A DNA stretch of 64,000 bases, from assembly GCA_019058295.1 (NCBI GenBank), contig JAHPZI010000019.1:1-64000 (forward strand), written 5' to 3'. Shown piece by piece: positions 48,466 through 58,982 of the stretch (positions are counted from its first letter, which is position 1; every line of letters starts with the position of its first letter). The stretch comes from Promethearchaeota archaeon. Lineage in GTDB: Archaea > Asgardarchaeota > Lokiarchaeia > Sigyniarchaeales > SOKP01. Both the position numbers and the translations under genes were made by a program. The notes beneath the pieces were generated by a model. That model ran no database searches. It was not told the DNA's origin and worked only from the letters and a program-made list of their open reading frames with translations.

Positions 48466-49851
48466 CTACTTTTCAGATCTTACATTTTCTAGTTTTTTTG
48501 GATGTAGCTCTTTAAGATCCCTTTTAATCTGTTGAACTCTCTCTTTGGTATATGGATAGAAATATAGACATATAAGCATCCCAATAAGTGCTAGAGCAGG
48601 GAAGAAGACCATTATTAATTTTATTCCAAAAATAACATCTGCGTCAGGATTAGGTGTATAAGTCCCCCAACCAGTTGTAGTGAAGACCATCGCCACGGTT
48701 ACAACAGCTAAGATCATTGCGAGTCTCATAAAAAAGGTTGTTATCCCAAAAAAAGTACCTTCACGTCTGACTCCTGTTTTGAGCTCGTCTTCATCAACCA
48801 CATCCGCTATGATTAGATAAATGAAATAAAGGATACCCCCAAATGTAAAACCAATAAAGATGAAATTGATCAAAGCGGCCTCATAACTCGAAATTAAAAG
48901 GATTGGAATTGAAGCAAATAAGAAAGCTATCAATGAAACCGCAAAAGCTTTTCTACTTCCTAATTTTAAGTCTAATTTATACCAAAATGCTACACTTATG
49001 ATTCCAACTAGAAAAAGCAAAGCCATTAGCATCGAAATTCGAAAAGCATCTCTTACTCCCAGTATATGGTAAGCATAAAGTGGTATAATCACTCCAAAAG
49101 TCAAAAGGATATACTCGAATAGAAAGTACATTATAGTATAAAGAACAAAACCCCTATTCTTTAAAGTATATCTCATCCCTTCAATGAAACCAAAACTATG
49201 TTGATGATCTAGTCGAAATTCTTCCCTTTCTTTTACACCATAAATAAGAGAGAAAATAAAAGTTGCTCCGATAATTATTGAAGTTACAATACCATTAAGC
49301 AAATATCCCTCTCTCTCTGAAATATCTCCAATAAAAAGTCCAGGGATTATAAAAGCCATTATCAATCCAACTGTACTGAGTATCTGCTTAATTGTATTTA
49401 CTTCTGCTCTATCTTCTTCGGTACTATATAATTCTGGGAATAAAGCATCATAGGGAAGCGCAACCATCGAGTAAAAAGTATCATACAAGATGAGAATTAA
49501 AAGTAAATAAAGAAAAGTACTAAAGTCATCACCCGCAGGTGGTATCCAAACAATGATTTCAATAATGATTACGGGTATAAATCCTATCATAATATATGGT
49601 TTTCTGCGCCCCCATCGAGTGTGAGTACGATCCGAGAGATATCCTACTAAAGGATCATTAAATGCGTTCCAAAAGCTCCATATAAACACTGCTAAAAAAA
49701 TATATGAGATTGGAAGCCTTACTACTACAAAATAATAAGTAAAAATCCATGTACTAAATGCACTGTTGATGAACCAAACCGCAAAACTACCCAATCCAAA
49801 ACTCCATTTTTGAAGTTTTCCAAATTCCTGTATTTCTGTATGTTTTTCCAT
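48466..49851 (-). CDS. MFS glycoside-pentoside-hexuronide (MelB-like) transporter
   Basis: NDPLVGYLSDRTHTRWGRRKPY, ADVVDEDELKTGVRREG; about 12 TM. Confidence 0.92.
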   Translation of the reverse strand: MEKHTEIQEFGKLQKWSFGLGSFAVWFINSAFSTWIFTYYFVVVRLPISYIFLAVFIWSFWNAFNDPLVGYLSDRTHTRWGRRKPYIMIGFIPVIIIEIIVWIPPAGDDFSTFLYLLLILILYDTFYSMVALPYDALFPELYSTEEDRAEVNTIKQILSTVGLIMAFIIPGLFIGDISEREGYLLNGIVTSIIIGATFIFSLIYGVKEREEFRLDHQHSFGFIEGMRYTLKNRGFVLYTIMYFLFEYILLTFGVIIPLYAYHILGVRDAFRISMLMALLFLVGIISVAFWYKLDLKLGSRKAFAVSLIAFLFASIPILLISSYEAALINFIFIGFTFGGILYFIYLIIADVVDEDELKTGVRREGTFFGITTFFMRLAMILAVVTVAMVFTTTGWGTYTPNPDADVIFGIKLIMVFFPALALIGMLICLYFYPYTKERVQQIKRDLKELHPKKLENVRSEK

Positions 49852-49863
49852 GATGATAATCTC

Positions 49864-52425
49864 CTATAAGATTAATTGTTTAATTGGATAAATATCTGCC
49901 ATAAGATAAGCGATAAATTGTTTATTTTTAAGTTTCTTAGATTTCGGGATTGAGAGTATAATACGTTTTTTACCCTCCCCAATTGTTTCTTTTTTTAATG
50001 CAGTTGTATAATTAATAGGAATTGGCAATCCTTTTGATTTCTCCACGATGAGAATGCTTATCGGTATTTCCCACTCATCAAATTTATTAGGGATATTAAT
50101 TTCAGCTATAATTTGATTTTTTATAGGGTCTTTCTCAAATTTAACGATATGAACTTTCTCCTTTATGGATTCTTTTTCATTCTTAATTGGTTCTAATCTA
50201 TAGGTTCCAACACCAGTTAATTTATTATTCTGGTTTAAAATGCCCCAAGACTGCCAGGTTCCTCTGAAAAGCTGTCTTAGAAGCGCTGGAAAGAAAGTTA
50301 ATCCAGCTTTAAAAAATTGTTTAAGCCCTCCTGATTTTAAATGACTTAATAACATCGATATGCTCACAGGGCTATTTTTCCCTAAATCTCTCATAAGATT
50401 GAATAAATTTCCATGCCAATCCTTTTCTATTAATAAATTACTACCCCTTGCAACAGTACCATCTTTCCGTAAAAATCCAGAGATACGAAAAATATCCAGA
50501 GGAATTGTAAAGGATGTTATCTCAAATTCACAATTTCGGCAATCCATCTGAAAATAATCATCCTTAACTTTCCCTGAAAATGCATAAAGGCTTATTCGCT
50601 TTTGAGGGACACCCACTTCACCAAATTTCTGAACCGCAAACGCAGAAAATGTCTTATTTTCATAATCAGAGGTTACTACAGAGAAGGGTATTGTTAAGCT
50701 AGCAAGTCCAATTTGATCGAGACTTGGTACAATGCTCGGTTGCGGCACTGCCATATGAACAATCTTAAAAGTCTTATTTTCAGATGATAATATTGAAGCC
50801 ATCTGAGGTGGATTACGAGTTTTAAATCTTAATTTGCTACTAATAGATTTTGTCTGGGAAAGTGGATCTACAAATTTACCTTTAATATTAAGTATATATT
50901 CTGTGTTTGTCTCCAAGATTCTTTTTGATATTATGTTCATTGTAACTAAATCACTCTGGATTTCAATTCTGTGCTTAAAATTAGGTTGAGCTTCAATCTT
51001 TATTGATTTTGATATTAAATTTACTGGAACAAGCCCCATCTTCTCATGTAAGATTAGTCTTAAAGTAATAATGTTGGTAGGATCAATATCTTGAACTCCA
51101 TCTTTTAATGGTGTTTTTTGTAAGCTACCTCCAGGAGTAACATAATGCCAAAAAGTTCCCACTTCTTCAGTCTGTTTTTCAGTACTAACTTCAAAACCAG
51201 CAGCACCTTCTTTTTGGTATGTATCATAAGGAATATACACTACGTCTCCCGTAGAACATGCAACACATAGGCCATAATGACCTAAGGCAACAGAAGCATT
51301 AATATTAGGATAATCTGTATTACTTGCCAATAATAATGTATCATAAATCCATCTAGGATTCCCATTTGGCTCAAGAGCATAAACTTTACCATCCCCACCT
51401 CCAAAATAAATGAGGTATGGGACTTTTGCTTCAGGATCAGGTCCAATTGATGCAGATGCTCGAATAGGATCTCCAATATAATATGTCCATTTTATTTTAC
51501 CAGTTTTGCCATTTAACGCATAAAAAATACCATTTGTGGAACCAAAATATACAGTATTATCTAAAGCAATTGCGGCTGAAGCATACACATGACTGCCAGT
51601 TTTATATTCCCATATTTTCGCTCCATTTTGACAATTTAGGGCATAAATACTACCATTAAATGAGGTCTGATATAGTATCCCTGTTTCACTAATAGCTGGG
51701 GAACCGACAAGTGCTCCATGTAAATCTTTCTTCCACTTTATTTTTCCTGAATTCATTTCGAGAGCATATAAAATATGATCAAATCCCGCTGAATAAACCG
51801 TTCCATCTTTCCAAAATGAAGGTGCACTCCATACCATGAAACCCGTGCGATACCCCCATATGATTTTTCCATCTGTAGTCATTTTATATAGAAAAAAATC
51901 GTCGTTTGCTACATATATTGCCCCATCCCCTGGTCCAAGGACGATATTTGCTTCAAACCAAAAGTTGGAGCTAAATGTAAATTGTTCTTTCCTTCTATTA
52001 ACTAAATTATCATAAGTCCATTTTTCTTTTCCTTCTGGCGTAAAAGCGTGAATCTTTGAGCACCCCGTAGCAATATAAACAGTATTATCTTTATCTATAC
52101 AACCAGCGCAATCGATTATTTCTCCCGCATCATATTTCCATAATTCACGCCCTTTATGAGGATCAAATGCATAAAAATAGTGATCTGCACTTCCTACATA
52201 AATTCTCTCTTTCGCATCAATAATTGGAGTGGAAAAAATAGCATTTCCAGTATGAAAATGAATCACTTCTGAAGCTATATCAGACTTCCCCTTCCATTTT
52301 AAATCAGCCAACCTTCCAGAATTTTTCATATCTCCTCTCATGGTTGGCCAAGGAGCATTAACCTGATAGGGATTTTTAAAACTACTATATTTGTATTCTC
52401 GAATGTTTTTATTAATAAATGTCAT
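49864..52425 (-). CDS. PQQ-like (BamB-type) beta-propeller protein with large C-terminal extension
   Basis: WPTMRGD..NSG leader and repeated SP.I..DG.VY.GS..G..YAL...G...W blades. Confidence 0.8.
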   Translation of the reverse strand: MTFINKNIREYKYSSFKNPYQVNAPWPTMRGDMKNSGRLADLKWKGKSDIASEVIHFHTGNAIFSTPIIDAKERIYVGSADHYFYAFDPHKGRELWKYDAGEIIDCAGCIDKDNTVYIATGCSKIHAFTPEGKEKWTYDNLVNRRKEQFTFSSNFWFEANIVLGPGDGAIYVANDDFFLYKMTTDGKIIWGYRTGFMVWSAPSFWKDGTVYSAGFDHILYALEMNSGKIKWKKDLHGALVGSPAISETGILYQTSFNGSIYALNCQNGAKIWEYKTGSHVYASAAIALDNTVYFGSTNGIFYALNGKTGKIKWTYYIGDPIRASASIGPDPEAKVPYLIYFGGGDGKVYALEPNGNPRWIYDTLLLASNTDYPNINASVALGHYGLCVACSTGDVVYIPYDTYQKEGAAGFEVSTEKQTEEVGTFWHYVTPGGSLQKTPLKDGVQDIDPTNIITLRLILHEKMGLVPVNLISKSIKIEAQPNFKHRIEIQSDLVTMNIISKRILETNTEYILNIKGKFVDPLSQTKSISSKLRFKTRNPPQMASILSSENKTFKIVHMAVPQPSIVPSLDQIGLASLTIPFSVVTSDYENKTFSAFAVQKFGEVGVPQKRISLYAFSGKVKDDYFQMDCRNCEFEITSFTIPLDIFRISGFLRKDGTVARGSNLLIEKDWHGNLFNLMRDLGKNSPVSISMLLSHLKSGGLKQFFKAGLTFFPALLRQLFRGTWQSWGILNQNNKLTGVGTYRLEPIKNEKESIKEKVHIVKFEKDPIKNQIIAEINIPNKFDEWEIPISILIVEKSKGLPIPINYTTALKKETIGEGKKRIILSIPKSKKLKNKQFIAYLMADIYPIKQLIL

Positions 52426-52532
52426 TTAATGATCTTATTACTTTTATATTCTCATAGTTAAATTATTTTATTAAATTATTAAATTATTATCTTTGTAAAT
52501 ATTTATTAGAATATTTTATTCGTACCATATTC

Positions 52533-53438
52533 ATGCTTCCATTTATAGAACAAGTTTCAGACGAATTAAAAGAGTTTCTCTTCATCAGAGGAAAGGAAGA
52601 ATCCGCTTATTATACATGCAACGCTCTTCTAATTAATGATATTCTTATAGATACAGGAGTCTCTACTACATATTTAAATAAACTTTTAGAAAATTATCAG
52701 ATTAAAAGAGTAATTCTTACTCATTGGCACGAAGATCACATATCAGGAAGCAATTTATTACAAAACTGTAGCTTTATGTGCCATAGCAATGATAAATCCC
52801 CTATTGAAGATAATAAAGTAATGTATAAACTATATGGCTATTCTCATCAGAATCCGCCAAACGAATTGATAAGATACTTAGAAAAGTATAATCTGAAAAA
52901 TATTGTAATATCTCAAACTATCACAGACGGAGATATTATAACTGTTAATGATAACTATAATCTACGAGTGATTCACACACCAGGTCATACTTCTGGACAT
53001 TGCTGTTTTTACGAAAAAGATTCAAAGTTTGCCTTTTTAAGTGATATAAACATGCCGGGAGTTGGTCCATGGTACGGAGGCATTGACAGTAGTCTTTTAG
53101 ATTATGAAGAATCATTAAAAAAAATAAAAAACCTCGATATAAGAATTGCGGTTTTTAGTCATTATGGATTGATTACAGATGCAAATGAAATAAGCGATAT
53201 TTTAATTGATGCTCTAACAATTATTCAAGGAAGAGATGAGGTTTTATTAAGCCTTTTATCTGAAAAGAAAGCCTTTACAGCTAAAGAATTATCTAATAAA
53301 CAACTTATGGTAAAAAACATTGAAGTGTATGAAGAAGCCCTACCTTTATCTGAGGAAATAATGATTGAAAAGCATTTTGAGAAATTTCTTAAACAACAAT
53401 TAATTGAACGCAAAGATGATGGTTATATTTTAAGTTAA
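52533..53438 (+). CDS. MBL-fold metallo-hydrolase with C-terminal winged helix
   Basis: THWHEDH, HTPGHT, SD, SH motifs. Confidence 0.88.
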   Translation: MLPFIEQVSDELKEFLFIRGKEESAYYTCNALLINDILIDTGVSTTYLNKLLENYQIKRVILTHWHEDHISGSNLLQNCSFMCHSNDKSPIEDNKVMYKLYGYSHQNPPNELIRYLEKYNLKNIVISQTITDGDIITVNDNYNLRVIHTPGHTSGHCCFYEKDSKFAFLSDINMPGVGPWYGGIDSSLLDYEESLKKIKNLDIRIAVFSHYGLITDANEISDILIDALTIIQGRDEVLLSLLSEKKAFTAKELSNKQLMVKNIEVYEEALPLSEEIMIEKHFEKFLKQQLIERKDDGYILS

Positions 53439-53472
53439 AAATTTTTAAATTAAATAAACGGTATCCATAAAT

Positions 53473-54933
53473 ATGAAGCTCAATCGTATAGAAGTCTTGA
53501 GTGAAGATGAAATTCAAACTATCCACGATGCCACTATGGATTTAATGTCATCAACAGGAGTTAGAATTGAATCTGAGAAAGCAAGAGCTCTTTTAAAGGA
53601 AAATGGAGCTGAGATTGAGGAATCTTCACACTTTGTTAAATTTTCAGAATCACTTATAGATGAATTTATTAAAAAAGCGCCAGAATGCTTCTCAGTTTAT
53701 GGTCCAGATGGAAATTTCAAGATTGACATCAGCACCAACTCAACTGTCTTTGCAACCGTAGGATCTCCAACTAAAATATATAATGAAAAGGATCCCGATC
53801 ATTCGCGAGATGCGCTAATGGACGATACAATTAAACATTTTAAATTGGTTGATCAGCTACGATATATTAATAGCTCTCATCTTGATGTTTGGCCAACTGA
53901 TGTGCCTTATATTTCTCTTCATTGCCATGTTCTCAGAGAATGGGCTAGAAATAGTAGAAAACCTTTTGGGAATGGATGTAGAGGGGAATTAATGTGTCAA
54001 GATATGATGAATTTAATTTCTATTATTGTTGGAAGCGATAAAGAGCTAATTGAGAAACCAAGAATTATTGCATTCTTTAATCCAATTAGTCCCCTTCTCT
54101 TACCTGAGATTTTATTAGACGGACTTTTTGTTTTTGCCAAATATTTACAACCTGTAATAGTTGCTCCAGCAGCCATAGGAGGACTTACAGCACCCATTAC
54201 GATTGGAGGATTATTGACACAAACTAATGCTGAGGTACTTGCAACTATCGTTTTGGCTGAAATGATCAATCCCGGAGTTCCAGTTTTTTATGGGGCTGTA
54301 AATAGTCCAATGGATCCCCTTACAGGAATTCCCGCATGGGGGGCTATTGAAATGGGGCTAATGACTACAGGTGCTGCACAGCTAGCGCGATTTTATAATA
54401 TTCCTTCGAGAGCTTCTGGTAGTATGACTAATTCAATTCAATTTGATTTACAGTGTGGTGCTGAAAGAATGGCATCCCTATTAAATACCACTTATGCCGG
54501 AATAAATTATATAACCTGTGCGGGACTCTATGAGTATGGGCTTACGGAAAGTCTCGAATTATTAGTTATTGATGATGAATTGGCAGGAATCGTAAGTAGA
54601 GCTCAGGAAGGAGTCAATATCAATGAAAACACTATTGCTCTCAATGAAATAAAATCTGTTGTTGATGAAGGTATTGGATTTATGCGAATAAAACATACTT
54701 CAAAAAATATAAGAAAAGAATTATTTGTTCCAGAATTAGCCAAAAGACTTTCCAGAAGTACATGGCTTAAAGAAGGAAAACCAGACCTTATTTCAAGATC
54801 GCGAATAAAAATTCAAGCACTTTTAGAGAAACATGAAGGCCCATATACAGCACCTAATATTGAAGAGCAATTAGAATCCTATCTCAAAGAAGTAGAAACC
54901 CGTAATATTGATGAATATAAGATCTCTCATTAA
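53473..54933 (+). CDS. mttB: MttB-superfamily methyltransferase (non-pyrrolysine)
   Basis: LSEDEIQTIHDAT...GV, NPISPL, APIT..GLL.Q.NAE.L, PG.PV.YG, DLQCG.E; no in-frame TAG. Confidence 0.88.
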   Translation: MKLNRIEVLSEDEIQTIHDATMDLMSSTGVRIESEKARALLKENGAEIEESSHFVKFSESLIDEFIKKAPECFSVYGPDGNFKIDISTNSTVFATVGSPTKIYNEKDPDHSRDALMDDTIKHFKLVDQLRYINSSHLDVWPTDVPYISLHCHVLREWARNSRKPFGNGCRGELMCQDMMNLISIIVGSDKELIEKPRIIAFFNPISPLLLPEILLDGLFVFAKYLQPVIVAPAAIGGLTAPITIGGLLTQTNAEVLATIVLAEMINPGVPVFYGAVNSPMDPLTGIPAWGAIEMGLMTTGAAQLARFYNIPSRASGSMTNSIQFDLQCGAERMASLLNTTYAGINYITCAGLYEYGLTESLELLVIDDELAGIVSRAQEGVNINENTIALNEIKSVVDEGIGFMRIKHTSKNIRKELFVPELAKRLSRSTWLKEGKPDLISRSRIKIQALLEKHEGPYTAPNIEEQLESYLKEVETRNIDEYKISH

Positions 54934-54956
54934 TAAAATACTAAGGTTAAATTATT

Positions 54957-55610
54957 ATGTCTCATGAAGAATTTTTTGAAGAAATTAGTAAAGCAATTAT
55001 AGATCTAGAAGAAGAAAAAGCCATGGAGCTTGCCAAAAAAGCTATTGATAATAAGATGAATGTTCTCGAAGTTATCGAGAAAGGATTTGGAATTGCCATA
55101 CGTCGACTGGGTGAATTATGGGATGCAGGAGAGTATTTCTTACCCGAATTAATGATGGGGGGGCTAATTGTTAAAAAGTCTATAGATCTACTATTACCTC
55201 ATCTTGATAAAGAAAAAGATAAGTTTCAATTAGGAAAAGCAGTAGTAGCTACAATTGAAGGGGATGTTCATTCGATCGGAAAAACAATTGTAGCAACAAT
55301 GTTAAGCGCCTTTGGTTTTCAAGTCTATGATTTAGGAGAGGACGTCCCTCCAGATAAGATAATTGAAGAAGCATTGGAAAAAGAAGTGGATATCATTGGA
55401 GTATCTTCGTTATTAACAACCACAATGATGGGGCAGAAAAAGCTTATTGAACTTTTAAAGGAGAGAGGAATTCGAGATAAATTCAAAGTTATTCTTGGAG
55501 GCGCTCCCATTACAAAGAATTGGGCTGATGAATGTGGTGCAGATGGCTATGCTCCAACTGCTATGGAAGCAGTTGATTTAGCAAAATCATTGATCGGAAA
55601 AGGTGAATAA
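54957..55610 (+). CDS. Methyltransferase cognate corrinoid protein
   Basis: Cap domain GEYFLPEL; B12-binding GDVHSIG, SSLLTTT, GGAP, GADGY. Confidence 0.93.
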   Translation: MSHEEFFEEISKAIIDLEEEKAMELAKKAIDNKMNVLEVIEKGFGIAIRRLGELWDAGEYFLPELMMGGLIVKKSIDLLLPHLDKEKDKFQLGKAVVATIEGDVHSIGKTIVATMLSAFGFQVYDLGEDVPPDKIIEEALEKEVDIIGVSSLLTTTMMGQKKLIELLKERGIRDKFKVILGGAPITKNWADECGADGYAPTAMEAVDLAKSLIGKGE

Positions 55611-57068
55611 TTGATGGAAAATGAGTGTAAACCCTCTTATAGATTAATCTCTGATGATCAAATTCAGAGAATTCATAAAGCGACGCTAGAAATATTAGAA
55701 AACATTGGAGTAAAGATATCCAATGATGAAGGACTAGAACTTTTTAGAGTTTATGGATGTAAAATTGAAAATGAAAATATAGTAAAAATACCTGCTTCAT
55801 TAGTCGAGGATTCCATTGAGAAAGTACCCAAGAGTATTGATATCTTTAGTAGGAATGGAGATCTAGCTATGACTCTTGAGAATCGGAATAGTTACTATGG
55901 ATTGGGGACGGACCTTGTCTACACATATGATTTAGAAACAGGAAAAACACGAGAGTCGGTTTTACAAGATGTTATAAATGCAACAATTATAGCAGATTAT
56001 TGTGAAAACATAGACTTCTTAGCTTCTTACGCTTTACCACATGATGTTCCCACTAATACCATGTATATTGAATGCTTTAAAGCTGAGGTCGAAAATTCTC
56101 CCAAGCCGATCTTCTTTACAGCTGCAGGTAAAGAAGATTTATCCTATATTATCAAGATGGCGGAGACAGTTGTAGGAGATGAAGAGCAATTAAAGGAAAA
56201 ACCTTTCCTTATTCATTATTCTGAACCTTTGGCACCATTAACTCATTCATATGGGGCTATAAATAAATTACTTCTCTGTGCAGAAAAACAAATTCCGATA
56301 TGTTATATTCCAACTGTACTATTAGGAGCAAGTGGACCTGTTACATTAGTAGGTGGGATTACACAAGCAAACGCAGAAGCACTCAGTGGTATTGTATTAC
56401 ATCAGTTGAAATCTAAAGGTGCTCCAATCATATCAGGTTGGGGTGTTGTTCCACTGGATATGAAAGCCACAACTTATTGTTATGGTTCACCCGAATTGCG
56501 TTTGACAAATACAGCTTTTGCTGATATCTACCATTATTACAAGATACCAATTTGGTCGATTGTAGGAACTGATGCTCATGTTCTTGACCAGCAAGCAGCT
56601 ATGGAACATGCATTTGGGACTTTATTAGCTGCCTTGGACGGTGCCAATTTAATTCATGATATTGGTTACTTAGGTCAAGGCTTATTAGGAAATCCAGCAG
56701 CAATAGTTATGTGTGACGAAATCATCAGTTATGTTAAAAGAATTATGAGAGGGTTTGAAATTAATGAAGAAACACTTGGTTTAGACATAATTAAAAAAGT
56801 AGGTCCGGGAGGAAACTTTTTGGCAGAACCACACACATTAAAACACTTTAGAAAAGAATTATGGATGCCAAAATATGCAAATCGTGAAAATCCTGATTCA
56901 TGGAAAGATAAAGGGAGTATAATATATGAAGAAAAAGTTATCAAAAAAGCAAAAGAGATCCTACAACAACATAAACCATTACCTTTATCAAAAGATATTA
57001 TTAATAAATTGCGTGATTTAGCACAAGAGGCTGAAAATAAGCTATTGAATTTTAAATTTTCTGCTTGA
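55611..57068 (+). CDS. mttB: MttB-superfamily methyltransferase (non-pyrrolysine), second paralog
   Basis: IH.ATLEILE.IGV, EPLAPL, GPVTL.G.I.QANAEAL, YGSPE, DQQAAME, GPGGNFL; no in-frame TAG. Confidence 0.88.
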   Translation: MMENECKPSYRLISDDQIQRIHKATLEILENIGVKISNDEGLELFRVYGCKIENENIVKIPASLVEDSIEKVPKSIDIFSRNGDLAMTLENRNSYYGLGTDLVYTYDLETGKTRESVLQDVINATIIADYCENIDFLASYALPHDVPTNTMYIECFKAEVENSPKPIFFTAAGKEDLSYIIKMAETVVGDEEQLKEKPFLIHYSEPLAPLTHSYGAINKLLLCAEKQIPICYIPTVLLGASGPVTLVGGITQANAEALSGIVLHQLKSKGAPIISGWGVVPLDMKATTYCYGSPELRLTNTAFADIYHYYKIPIWSIVGTDAHVLDQQAAMEHAFGTLLAALDGANLIHDIGYLGQGLLGNPAAIVMCDEIISYVKRIMRGFEINEETLGLDIIKKVGPGGNFLAEPHTLKHFRKELWMPKYANRENPDSWKDKGSIIYEEKVIKKAKEILQQHKPLPLSKDIINKLRDLAQEAENKLLNFKFSA

Positions 57069-57072
57069 AATA

Positions 57073-57522
57073 TTAAATTATATCTCTGAAAAAATCTGTT
57101 ATTCTAATTAACTTATTCTCCTTTAAGTCCATAATTAAACGAACTATTACTCCCTTAACCAATAAAGTATCTTTTGATTTTGTGTTTTTGTAACAATCCA
57201 TCGCAAGTGTCATAGATGTATTTCCAACATTAATCACGCGTGTATGAATTAAAATATTATCCCCAAATGTAGCAGAATTAATATATTCTACTTCTATTTT
57301 TCTTACAGGAAATACGATTCCCTGTTTATAGAGAGCTCCACAATCTTTTCCCATCTTTGAGGTAAAACTTATAAATCCATCGTCAAAATAGTTTAGATAT
57401 TTATTTGCATGGACAATGCTCATTAAATCAGTATCATCAACTCGAACCGATAACTCGTGAAAATCTTCGATACCCATTAATTTTTCAATTATTAATTTTT
57501 CATTCTCTTCCTTGGATGTCAT
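57073..57522 (-). CDS. Acyl-CoA thioesterase (hotdog, YbgC/4HBT-like)
   Basis: VRVDDTD..SIVHANKYLNYFD, EY...ATFGD. Start taken at ATG 57522. Confidence 0.82.
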   Translation of the reverse strand: MTSKEENEKLIIEKLMGIEDFHELSVRVDDTDLMSIVHANKYLNYFDDGFISFTSKMGKDCGALYKQGIVFPVRKIEVEYINSATFGDNILIHTRVINVGNTSMTLAMDCYKNTKSKDTLLVKGVIVRLIMDLKENKLIRITDFFRDII

Positions 57523-57544
57523 GATATCTTCATAAATTATATAA

Positions 57545-58267
57545 TTAACATTCCTTTTTTTTGAAACCACATTTAGGACAGATTAATTTCCTAAGACCCA
57601 CTTTATATCCATTTAAATCCATCATATAAGTATTACACACTGGACAGCGTGGTTGATAACTGGGGTACCATTCTCCCTTGATATTGGGCATATTTTCTAA
57701 TTTATTCATAAATTTAAATTTTCCCATATTTTCTTTATAATACTGGATTGTTTGCTGCTCTTGAGCTAAGGATTTTCCCTTATGAATTAGAATCATTAAA
57801 AATTTAATTTTTGAAGGTTTATTTAAGAGAGAAAAAATACGGTGAATAACTTCTTCCTTATATTCAGAAAATAATTTTCCCAGTTCTGGGGGTGCTAGTG
57901 CAACTAAAATTGATTGAAAATTATCCTTTTTCTTCATATTTTGAAATAAAAATTGATACATACGGGATTGCTCGTCTAATGACCAAATAAAGTTAAAACT
58001 TGAAATATCGTAATCTTCATTATTTGGTCCAACAATCCTTCTAATAGATGGAGTAATTGTATAGTGAAAGTTATCATTAATTTTTGATTTTAAATCGTCG
58101 AAAAAATCTTTTTCTATTACCGGGAAACTTTTAAGAATACTTTTTAATGATAATAATCTAACTTGAGACAACTCGTTTGTTTTAAGGCCATCCCAAGGGG
58201 TATATGTATATAGTGTAAAAAATTGACTCATTAATGTGATTAATGTTTTTAATAAAAATAAATCCAT
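57545..58267 (-). CDS. Hypothetical protein with C-terminal zinc ribbon
   Basis: CPVC...CPKCG. True start possibly ATG at 58231. Confidence 0.65.
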   Translation of the reverse strand: MDLFLLKTLITLMSQFFTLYTYTPWDGLKTNELSQVRLLSLKSILKSFPVIEKDFFDDLKSKINDNFHYTITPSIRRIVGPNNEDYDISSFNFIWSLDEQSRMYQFLFQNMKKKDNFQSILVALAPPELGKLFSEYKEEVIHRIFSLLNKPSKIKFLMILIHKGKSLAQEQQTIQYYKENMGKFKFMNKLENMPNIKGEWYPSYQPRCPVCNTYMMDLNGYKVGLRKLICPKCGFKKKEC

Positions 58268-58339
58268 TGTATATCTTCGAAAATAAAGCTAATTTTAAAG
58301 AATAAATAATTTATTATTGGATTCTATTTTTAATACATC

Positions 58340-58966
58340 ATGGTTACATCAAATACAAAGCAAGCATTAGCAATTCTTAGAGATTTTTCTAATTTTCAAT
58401 GGTATATTATTGCAATTTTCCTAATTGTCTTCTATATTTATGCTACAGAATATAAAAAGCAGAATTGGGATGGAATCGCTGCTGGGTTAACTTATTTGAT
58501 GTTAAATACATTTGCTGAAATTATTAATTCTATATTCTTTGTCGTAACACAGCATGCTCCTCTCTGGGCGGCACCTGGTGGAACAGCATATTTGTTCCTC
58601 ATCGGGCTAAATATTGAGTTACTATTTATGTTTTGTCTAATTGGACTTGCGACATCGAAGTTTCTTCCCGAGGATAAAGAGAAAAAATATTTCGGTGTAA
58701 ATAATCGAATCCTTATGGCGGGAATCTTTGCAGTAGTAAGTTTGATTTTTGAAATTTGTCTAAATTTTATTGGAGCTTTAACATGGGACTATTGGTGGTG
58801 GAGTGCGAGTTGTCCATTAGTCATCTTTGGTTATTTTAGCTTTTTTCTAATAGCATTCTGGGTATATGATATTGAAGATATAAATAAAAAAAGGAAAGTT
58901 GTATTGTTCCTTGCTATGATTACTCTAATACCTTTATTTCTACTTATTGGATTAGGAATTATCTAA
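58340..58966 (+). CDS. Conserved multi-TM membrane protein
   Basis: About 6 TM segments; EIINS, APLWAAPG.TAY...IGLNIE. Confidence 0.75.
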   Translation: MVTSNTKQALAILRDFSNFQWYIIAIFLIVFYIYATEYKKQNWDGIAAGLTYLMLNTFAEIINSIFFVVTQHAPLWAAPGGTAYLFLIGLNIELLFMFCLIGLATSKFLPEDKEKKYFGVNNRILMAGIFAVVSLIFEICLNFIGALTWDYWWWSASCPLVIFGYFSFFLIAFWVYDIEDINKKRKVVLFLAMITLIPLFLLIGLGII

Positions 58967-58982
58967 AGTATGGTTTTTTCTC

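Noticed and set aside
53473-57068. Pyrrolysine-dependent trimethylamine methyltransferases
   Set aside because: Both ORFs are full length without an in-frame TAG, and no pyl genes are in the window.
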